Shown: positions 57,109 through 64,000 of the stretch, piece after piece
How the letters are laid out: every line of letters begins with the position of its first letter
How positions within the stretch are numbered: position 1 is the first letter of the stretch
DNA from: an uncultured Clostridia bacterium
Lineage (GTDB): Bacteria; Bacillota; Clostridia; Christensenellales; Borkfalkiaceae
Reading direction: 5' to 3'
Length of the DNA: 64,000 bases
Assembly (NCBI GenBank): GCA_944354265.1
Contig: CALVPX010000052.1
Location: forward strand, 60,177 to 124,176
The notes under the pieces: model-generated
Told to the model about the DNA's origin: nothing
Databases searched by the model: none
What the model saw: the letters and a program-made list of their open reading frames with translations, nothing else
Program-made: the position numbers and the translations under genes

Positions 57109-60100
57109 GTGTGTTTCGTGAAGAAAAACGATAACAATAAACATTCATATATTTTCACGCGGGAAACTTTCGGCATGACGTTGCTGTTATTCAGCGCGCT
57201 TTTGCTGTTGATTTTGGCGACTAATGATATGATTTTTGCCGCTCTCGGGCAGGCCGTCTGTACATTCATGTATGGCACTTTCGGCTACGGAAGTTATCTT
57301 GTCATCGTTGGTTTGGTAGCTTTAGGCGTTTGGCTCGTCTTCGGCAAAAAACCTAAGGTAAGGGTGCGCACGGTTGCAATGGCAAGCGTTACTCTCGCCG
57401 TGTTGTTCATGCTCTTTCATGCCGTCACTACGCGCAATTTTGCAATGGACAGCTTCGGTTCATATCTCGGGCAATGCTATTCGGCGGCAGAGCAGGGCTT
57501 TTCGGGGTACACATTCGGCGGCGCCCTCTCAGGGTTGCTCGTCTATCCGGTAGCCCGCGGCACGACTTTCATAGGCGCCTATGTAATTTTTTCAGTTTTA
57601 TCAGCAGTGTGCCTGTATCTGACCTTTCTCTTTGTCCGCGGCGATATCATTTCACGCGGAGGAAAGGCAAGGGTTGTCAATTTCCCCCGTGCGGCCAAGC
57701 GCAGCGAAGTTGGCAGTCAAGAACAGACGGTTGCCAACGATAACGCATACACCGTCGATTCCGGCAATCAGATAGTAAATAATTTTCATCCCGTTCAGCA
57801 GGATCAGCCTGTCTATACGGATGACATGTCTCAGCAGGGCTATGCCCCGCAGGACTTTGATACCAATCAAAATTTTGCTCCGCAGAATAATTATTTTGCC
57901 CCTCAGCAGGATTATTACGCTCCTCAGCAAGAACCCGCGCAGCCTTCTAACATGACGTATGCTTCCGTCTTTAATCAGATAGCTTACGGAAACGGCAGTT
58001 CGCGTGAGGATGAGGACGACAAATATTCGCGGAAAAATCTCGGCAGGAAAATTATATTTGAAAAGGGTGAGTTTGCGGCTGAAAGCTACCGTAGAAATAT
58101 GATTTTCGATGAGGATTCGTATTTCAATCATCCTGTAAAACCTCCCGAGGAAAATACGGGCAAATCGTCATCAAACGGTTCGGTTTCGTCTTCCAATATT
58201 GCGCAGCAGCCGCAGGCTCAGCAGGTTCAGCCTCAGCAGCCTCCTGTGCAGCAATCTCCCGTTCAACAGCAACAGATACAGCCTGCGCAATCTCAGGCAT
58301 ATCCTCAAAGCTATTCTGAAAGCTACTCAGAAGAGGTGGAAAACCGCGATCAGGGGCCGGCTACGCCTTCATATATCTACGGCGACAGACCAGCCGACAG
58401 CCTCGACGACTATGTGCCCAATGGCGGCGCATATGACGATGATGCATATTTCGGCGGCTCATCGTCCTACGACGATGTAAATTACGGCAACGATTACGGC
58501 GTCGATGATCATTCCGATTATACGCAGGACGATTTCTCGTCCTTCGGCAATGCTGCGCCCGAAAATAATTTTGATACCCGCAGACAGGAAGATTTTTCGG
58601 GGCGGAGGACTGAACAGCCTTCGAGAGACAGGTTGAATTCGGATATATTGGGCGATTTTTCGCGGCGTTCGGCAGAGCTCGACGGTAGCTCTTTCGGCGA
58701 CACAGCGAGGCGCTCAACACCTGAACTCGGTAACCGCTCCTTCGGCGACACGGCGAGACGCTCGACGCCTGAACCTGACAGCCGTTCTTTCGGCGACAGC
58801 AATAGGCGCGCCGACAAGATTAATAGTGACGAGGTCGCAGATAGAACGCTGTCCGACCGCAGTATGAGGGTCGACAGATTGGGCGACAGGGATACCTTGC
58901 GCTCCGACAGCGACTTTTTGAGTACTACGTCAGGCAAAGAAGAGGGGGACGATGTAGACGATATTTTTGTCAGACACAGCGAAACGCCTGTCAGCCGCGA
59001 ACCCGCCATGCCCGACGACGGTATAAACAGTGCTGCCGACAGCTTTATGGCGCCTTCAGGCAAGCGCGACAAGCCCTTGCTCTCCCGCCGCGACGACAGC
59101 AGAGAAAATATATTTGACGGCGATGACGACGATTATCTTACTGAAGACGTCCCGGATCTCGGTATGCGAAGCCTGCGTTCCGACGGAGCACATGCAAATG
59201 GCAGCCGCTCGGACGACATGAGTTCTTTAAGGCGAAACGAGCTTCCTGTAGTTCCCGACGAGAAAACTGACAATGTTCCCGCCGTTCCTGTACGCTCGTC
59301 TGCAAAGCAAAAGGAACAGCCGGCTGCGCCCGTTCAGGAAAAGCCGAAACATGTTTGGAAAAAATATGTGCGCCCTACGCTCGACCTTCTTGCCGACTAT
59401 CCCGAAAATAATAATGCAAATGTCAGCGAAATCGAGGACAATAAAAAATTAATTATCGAAACATTGGAAAATTTCCGCATCGCTGCACACATTTCCGATG
59501 TCATCGTCGGCCCGGCAATCACGCGTTACGACGTTATAATAGAGGACAGGACGAACATTAAAAACGCGATGCGCTATCGCGAGGCCATAGCTATGGCTTT
59601 GATGAAGGAAAACGTTACGGCCTATCTCAACTATTCCAAGGGCGCCATTTCCATTGAAGTGCCCAACGGCAAGCGTAGCATTGTAGGCCTCAAGAGTATG
59701 TTGAAGAGCAACGAGTTCATCAACTGCAAGCCCAACACGCTCACATTTGCACTCGGTAAAAATGTAGAGGGCAAGCCCAATTGCCCCGATATCACAAAGA
59801 TGCCTCACCTGCTCGTTGCAGGTACTACTGGTTCAGGTAAAAGTATTTGTCTCAGCGCGCTCATCATAAGCCTGCTGTATAAATACGGCCCCGACGAACT
59901 GCGTTTTATCCTCGTCGACCCCAAGCAGTCTGAGTTCATCTCTTATGAAAACCTGCCCCATCTGATTGTAAACGAAATAATCAGCGACGTAGACAAGGCT
60001 ATTAAGGCGCTCAATTGGGCAATAAAGGAGATGGAACGCCGCTATGCGCTCTTCAAGGAAATGACCCTCGCCGGCACGCTCGTCAAGAACATTAACGAGT

Positions 60101-60837
60101 ACAACGCTCATCTTCCCGAGGGGGAGGAGAAGCTGCCCAAGATTGTCATCATTCTCGATGAGTTCGGCGACCTTATGTTGCAGAATAAAAAGGATATCGA
60201 AAGCCGAATCATAAGGCTCGTGCAAAAGTCGCGTGCCTGCGGCATTCACCTTATTCTTGCCACGCAGCGTCCTTCGGTCGACTGCATAACCGGTCTCATA
60301 AAATCCAACCTGCCCACGCGCATAGGCTTTAAAGTCAATTCGTTCGACGACTCTAGGACAATATTCGATGTCGGCGGCGCTGAAAAGCTGCTCGGCGCCG
60401 GCGATATGTACTACCGCTCCGCACAGAATCCCGACCTCACCCGTATTCAGGGATGTTTTATCGATTCGCCCGAAGTACAGGCGGTGACCGACTTCATCAA
60501 AAAGAACAACGAAACCTACTTCGACCAAAGCATTTCCGATTTCATCAATACCGTTGAAGAGCCCGAAGGCGACGGCGGCAGTGATGACGGCAGTGGCGAC
60601 GGCGACGTAAAAATCGATGATAAATTTATACAGGCTCTCAAGTTCTGCGTAACGAGCAATCAGGCCTCTGTGTCAATGTTGCAGCGTCGGTTCCCCATAG
60701 GGTACGTCAAGGCATGTAAAATAATCGATTGGATGGAGAACATGAACTACATCACTCAGTCGGAAGGCTCAAAGCCGAGAAAGGTGTTGCTGTCGCTCGA
60801 CGAATTTACACGCATTTACGGAGATGTAGATGATTGA
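57109..60837 (+). CDS. ftsK: DNA translocase FtsK/SpoIIIE with about 650-aa low-complexity linker
   Basis: Four N-terminal TM helices. Motor domain with Walker A GTTGSGKS and Walker B VIILDEFGDL. Gamma winged-helix ASVSMLQRRFPIGYVKACKIIDWME. The exact start (GTG at 57109 or 57118) is uncertain. Confidence 0.9.
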   Translation: MCFVKKNDNNKHSYIFTRETFGMTLLLFSALLLLILATNDMIFAALGQAVCTFMYGTFGYGSYLVIVGLVALGVWLVFGKKPKVRVRTVAMASVTLAVLFMLFHAVTTRNFAMDSFGSYLGQCYSAAEQGFSGYTFGGALSGLLVYPVARGTTFIGAYVIFSVLSAVCLYLTFLFVRGDIISRGGKARVVNFPRAAKRSEVGSQEQTVANDNAYTVDSGNQIVNNFHPVQQDQPVYTDDMSQQGYAPQDFDTNQNFAPQNNYFAPQQDYYAPQQEPAQPSNMTYASVFNQIAYGNGSSREDEDDKYSRKNLGRKIIFEKGEFAAESYRRNMIFDEDSYFNHPVKPPEENTGKSSSNGSVSSSNIAQQPQAQQVQPQQPPVQQSPVQQQQIQPAQSQAYPQSYSESYSEEVENRDQGPATPSYIYGDRPADSLDDYVPNGGAYDDDAYFGGSSSYDDVNYGNDYGVDDHSDYTQDDFSSFGNAAPENNFDTRRQEDFSGRRTEQPSRDRLNSDILGDFSRRSAELDGSSFGDTARRSTPELGNRSFGDTARRSTPEPDSRSFGDSNRRADKINSDEVADRTLSDRSMRVDRLGDRDTLRSDSDFLSTTSGKEEGDDVDDIFVRHSETPVSREPAMPDDGINSAADSFMAPSGKRDKPLLSRRDDSRENIFDGDDDDYLTEDVPDLGMRSLRSDGAHANGSRSDDMSSLRRNELPVVPDEKTDNVPAVPVRSSAKQKEQPAAPVQEKPKHVWKKYVRPTLDLLADYPENNNANVSEIEDNKKLIIETLENFRIAAHISDVIVGPAITRYDVIIEDRTNIKNAMRYREAIAMALMKENVTAYLNYSKGAISIEVPNGKRSIVGLKSMLKSNEFINCKPNTLTFALGKNVEGKPNCPDITKMPHLLVAGTTGSGKSICLSALIISLLYKYGPDELRFILVDPKQSEFISYENLPHLIVNEIISDVDKAIKALNWAIKEMERRYALFKEMTLAGTLVKNINEYNAHLPEGEEKLPKIVIILDEFGDLMLQNKKDIESRIIRLVQKSRACGIHLILATQRPSVDCITGLIKSNLPTRIGFKVNSFDDSRTIFDVGGAEKLLGAGDMYYRSAQNPDLTRIQGCFIDSPEVQAVTDFIKKNNETYFDQSISDFINTVEEPEGDGGSDDGSGDGDVKIDDKFIQALKFCVTSNQASVSMLQRRFPIGYVKACKIIDWMENMNYITQSEGSKPRKVLLSLDEFTRIYGDVDD
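58690..58800 (+). repeat. 48-nt tandem repeat (2.3 copies) inside the ftsK linker
   Basis: Units encode SFGDTARRSTPE(L/P)(G/D)(N/S)R. Unit starts are at 58690, 58738 and 58786. Confidence 0.8.
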
Positions 60838-62167
60838 CCTTCGTTCAAAAAAATACGGCGTAATATCCCTCGGTTGCGACAAGAACAGGGTGGACAGTGA
60901 AAAGTTGATTGCGATTATACGCAACAACGGGTGTACCCTGTGCAACGATATAAGCGAGGCAAATGTAATTGTTGTCAATACATGCGCTTTTCTCAATTCG
61001 GCGAGGGAGGAGGCCATCGATATGATTTTGGAGTGCGCCTCTTACAAAGGCGGAAATCTTGAAAAACTTGTTGTTACAGGGTGCCTTCCCCAAAAATATA
61101 TTGATGAAGTTTTTCCCGCCCTCACGGAAGCCGATTTGTTTCTCGGTATAAACGATTACGATAAGTTTTTTGAAGCTTTAGGGCAAGCTTATGAAAATCA
61201 CAGGGTGAACTTTGTCGGCAAAGGCGATAACAGCAAGGCTATTGACAGGGTGGTAACAACGCCCTGTCATTACGCGTATTTAAAAATCGCCGACGGCTGC
61301 AACAACTTTTGTACATATTGCCTCATTCCTAAGATACGCGGAAGGTATGTCAGTTACCCGATGGAGCAACTCATTGCTGAAGCCAAGTCCCTCGGCGAGC
61401 TCTCCGAACTGATAGTCGTCGCTCAGGACATCACCCGTTATGGTCAGGATATCTATGGCAAACGCTCGCTCGTCACCCTGCTTAAGGAGCTTACCGCGCT
61501 TGACAATATAGGCAGCGTGCGGCTATTATATTGTTATCCCGACGTCATCGACGATGAACTTATAAGCGAAATCCGCGACAATCCTAAAATTATAAAGTAT
61601 ATCGATATACCTCTGCAGCACAGTGAAGATAGAATACTTAAGCTGATGAACCGCAAAGGTTCGCGCTCGGAATATCTTTCATTAATCGACAGATTAAAGG
61701 CAGAAATTCCCGGCATAGCCATAAGGTCAACTTTTATATGCGGTTTTCCCACTGAAAGCGAGCAGGAGAGCGAAGCTATGTGCAACTTTATCCGCGAAGC
61801 CAAGCTTACAAACTGCGGTTTCTTTGCCTATTCGCGCGAACCTGATACAGGCGCCTATAAATTGAAATGTCAGGTATTGCAGTCTGTAAAAAATTCAAGG
61901 GTAAAAAGGCTTTATAAGGTTCAAAAGGATATTTCAAAGCAATATTTAAGCGGATATACAGGTAAAAGTCTCAAAGTATTGTGCGACGGAATAGATTACG
62001 AGCGCGGTTGTTTTATCGGCAGAGCCTATTTTCAGGCGCCCGATATAGACGGCAAGGTTTACTTCAACAGCGCCGATGCCGTTCAGGGGCAATATTACGA
62101 GGTCATGATAGATAGTTGCGACGAGTACGATTTATTCGGGCACACTCCCGACTATTCGGAGGAATGA
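60830..62167 (+). CDS. rimO: ribosomal protein S12 methylthiotransferase RimO (MiaB-family radical SAM)
   Basis: N-terminal MTTase Cys triad (GC...C...), radical SAM CNNFCTYC and a C-terminal TRAM-like domain. The ftsK-rimO-pgsA-cinA-recA gene order is typical for Clostridia. Confidence 0.8.
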   Translation: MIDLRSKKYGVISLGCDKNRVDSEKLIAIIRNNGCTLCNDISEANVIVVNTCAFLNSAREEAIDMILECASYKGGNLEKLVVTGCLPQKYIDEVFPALTEADLFLGINDYDKFFEALGQAYENHRVNFVGKGDNSKAIDRVVTTPCHYAYLKIADGCNNFCTYCLIPKIRGRYVSYPMEQLIAEAKSLGELSELIVVAQDITRYGQDIYGKRSLVTLLKELTALDNIGSVRLLYCYPDVIDDELISEIRDNPKIIKYIDIPLQHSEDRILKLMNRKGSRSEYLSLIDRLKAEIPGIAIRSTFICGFPTESEQESEAMCNFIREAKLTNCGFFAYSREPDTGAYKLKCQVLQSVKNSRVKRLYKVQKDISKQYLSGYTGKSLKVLCDGIDYERGCFIGRAYFQAPDIDGKVYFNSADAVQGQYYEVMIDSCDEYDLFGHTPDYSEE

Positions 62168-62168
62168 T

Positions 62169-62840
62169 ATGGGCGATAATCAAGAAAATAAAGATATAGA
62201 CACTTCAAGCCGCGCATATAAAATTGCTGCAGGGAGGGGGGTGCTCAATCTCCCGAACAAGCTTACGATCGCGCGCATGGTGATGATACCCGTATTTATC
62301 TTATTCTTTTATCTCAATTTTGCTGGGCATTATTTTGTTGCGCTTGCGGTATTTGCCGTTGCGTCGTTTACGGATTTGCTCGACGGCCGAATTGCAAGAA
62401 AGTACAAGCTTGTAACAAACCTCGGCAAATTTCTCGACCCGATAGCAGATAAAATTCTTGTTTCGGCGGCCCTGATCGTCCTTCTGACGGTTCCCGGCTT
62501 TTTCACTGTATATCTCGGCAATTGGGTGATCATCGCGGGTGGATGCTGCGTTGCGGTTATATTTGGGCGTGAACTTTTAGTCAGCGGTTTCCGCATGGTT
62601 GCCGCCGATGCCGGTATAGTAATTGCGGCAGATAAAATAGGTAAGTTTAAAACAGTTTCTCAGGATATAGCCGTAGTTCTGCTCCTCGCTTTCGGCGGCT
62701 TCTACGAGTTGTTTCCTCAAAGCTTGGCAGTTGAAATTATCAACTATGTAGGGCTTGCAATATTTGCGGTTGCGGCAGTGCTTACGATAATTTCAGGCAT
62801 AAATTATATAGTAAAAAATATAGCGGTGTTAAAAGTATAA
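62169..62840 (+). CDS. pgsA: CDP-diacylglycerol--glycerol-3-phosphate 3-phosphatidyltransferase
   Basis: CDP-alcohol phosphotransferase motif DLLDGRIARK....GKFLDPIADK. Confidence 0.9.
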   Translation: MGDNQENKDIDTSSRAYKIAAGRGVLNLPNKLTIARMVMIPVFILFFYLNFAGHYFVALAVFAVASFTDLLDGRIARKYKLVTNLGKFLDPIADKILVSAALIVLLTVPGFFTVYLGNWVIIAGGCCVAVIFGRELLVSGFRMVAADAGIVIAADKIGKFKTVSQDIAVVLLLAFGGFYELFPQSLAVEIINYVGLAIFAVAAVLTIISGINYIVKNIAVLKV

Positions 62841-63913
62841 TGAATAATTGTTTAGTTATAATAAGAAATAAAAAATTAAATATAAACTATGACCGCCTCA
62901 GCAGTTTCATGCGCATTTTTTATGAAGCTTGTTATTATTTCGATAAAATATCGGTCGTTGGCTTCGACAGCTCAAAGGGCATTTCAGATCAGCTGATAGA
63001 GTGTAAAGCTTCTTACGAAAACGCTATCGTCTTATGCAATGCAGAGCAGCATGAAATGATTGCAGGTTTTCTTCAAAAAATGTATGGCGAAAGTTTTGAC
63101 GGTTATTTCTTGAGCAGCGGTACAAGCTCAGTCGCTCTTGGCGATATTGAGGACGCAAATAATTTTGCCAAGGCCTGCGTCAGTTTCTTAAATGAAAAGT
63201 ACGACATAAGATACGACAAGTTTTATGTCAAGTGCGTTGCTGCGCCGTCAGAACTCATTTATGACAGTATTGAAAAGGCCTGCAAAGACGGTGGAGATAC
63301 TGCGTTTGCCGTATACAACAGCTTCGGAGATCAGACGATAGAGATATCCTATTCGAGCAAAACTACCAAAATGGTTGCCGACGGCATACAGCACACCCTT
63401 GTATCAGACCTCAACGATTACGTCTACACCCTCGATGACAGTACTCTTGAAGAGTGTTTATACGAACTGTTAAAACTCAGGCGCATGAAAATTTCGTTCG
63501 CCGAATCTTTTACGGGCGGCGGTGTGGCTGCGCGCCTTGTTTCGGTTCCCGGCGCATCCGAGGTGTTCTTCGAGGGTATAACCGCATATGCAAACGACGC
63601 TAAGAGAATGCGCCTCAAGGTTACAGAAGCTACCCTGCAACAGCAGGGCGCCGTCTCGGAAAAGACAGCACAGGAGATGGTTCAGGGGCTGCTGAATACA
63701 TTCAACTGCGATATAGCTGTGTCAACTACGGGTATTGCAGGTCCGCAGTCGGATAATACTTCTAAGCCGGTTGGTCTCGCCTATATCGGTGTCGGTATAC
63801 GCGGCGGCAATATCAAGGTATATAAGTTCAACTATCAAGGTGACAGGGAGAGCATAACCCGTACGGCCATAAACGATGCGCTTTTCATCGCCTATAAAAC
63901 AATAAGCAACTGA
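62840..63913 (+). CDS. cinA: CinA-like protein: conserved C-terminal PncC/CinA deamidase domain, divergent N-terminal half
   Basis: The C-terminal ISFAESFTGGGVAARLVSVPGAS...STTGIAGP matches the nicotinamide-nucleotide amidohydrolase domain. The N-terminal ~190 aa lack the usual MoCF-type motifs. Confidence 0.7.
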   Translation: MNNCLVIIRNKKLNINYDRLSSFMRIFYEACYYFDKISVVGFDSSKGISDQLIECKASYENAIVLCNAEQHEMIAGFLQKMYGESFDGYFLSSGTSSVALGDIEDANNFAKACVSFLNEKYDIRYDKFYVKCVAAPSELIYDSIEKACKDGGDTAFAVYNSFGDQTIEISYSSKTTKMVADGIQHTLVSDLNDYVYTLDDSTLEECLYELLKLRRMKISFAESFTGGGVAARLVSVPGASEVFFEGITAYANDAKRMRLKVTEATLQQQGAVSEKTAQEMVQGLLNTFNCDIAVSTTGIAGPQSDNTSKPVGLAYIGVGIRGGNIKVYKFNYQGDRESITRTAINDALFIAYKTISN

Positions 63914-63923
63914 GGTGAACATA

Positions 63924-64000
63924 ATGAACGAAGAAAAACAAAAGGCGCTCAACTCAACCATTGCCATGATTGAAAAGCAGTTTGGCAAAGGCGCAATCAT
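63924..64000 (+). CDS. recA: recombinase RecA (5-prime fragment, runs off the window)
   Basis: MNEEKQKALNSTIAMIEKQFGKGAI matches the conserved RecA N-terminus (..AL...I.KQFGKG.IM). GAGGTG RBS. Confidence 0.85.
   Translation, partial: MNEEKQKALNSTIAMIEKQFGKGAI

Overview
A 64-kb chromosomal segment of a roughly 50% GC Firmicute. A Clostridia-like organism is my inference from gene content and order; no search was run. Most of the window is ordinary core genome. It holds gap, ychF, argS, a reverse-type rubrerythrin, two tandem DegV genes, a ridA-ilvA pair, gdhA, proBA and a polygalacturonase/AEC-transporter/flavodiiron/mscL stretch. It also holds a PuuR-like regulator with a potABCD-like polyamine ABC operon, rpsT, murI and a long division/cell-wall (dcw) cluster: mraZ-rsmH-ftsL-like-PBP-murE-mraY-murD-ftsW-murA-ftsQ-like-ftsA-ftsZ-murC. 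After that come ilvC, ftsK, rimO, pgsA, a cinA-like gene and the start of recA. Two tRNA genes are present on the minus strand, Ser-CGA and Arg-CCT. No CRISPR array, rRNA, transposase, integrase or recognisable defence system was seen. The most unusual signal is a pair of homologous ~125-nt elements, each 64-65 nt from the 3-prime end of one of the two tRNA genes. Four helices keep their pairing through compensatory changes, and each element carries an arm copied from its own neighbouring tRNA's 3-prime end plus short direct repeats. I could not assign them to any RNA family from memory. Other items worth a second look: a ~23% cysteine small protein next to the rubrerythrin; an LRR lipoprotein interrupted by one in-frame TAA; two membrane proteins whose N-termini seem to need ATT/ATA initiation; a low-GC accessory patch around tRNA-Ser; and Q/P-rich low-complexity tracts shared by FtsL-like, FtsZ and FtsK. 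All functional calls come from reading the translated ORFs and motifs, and no database search was possible.
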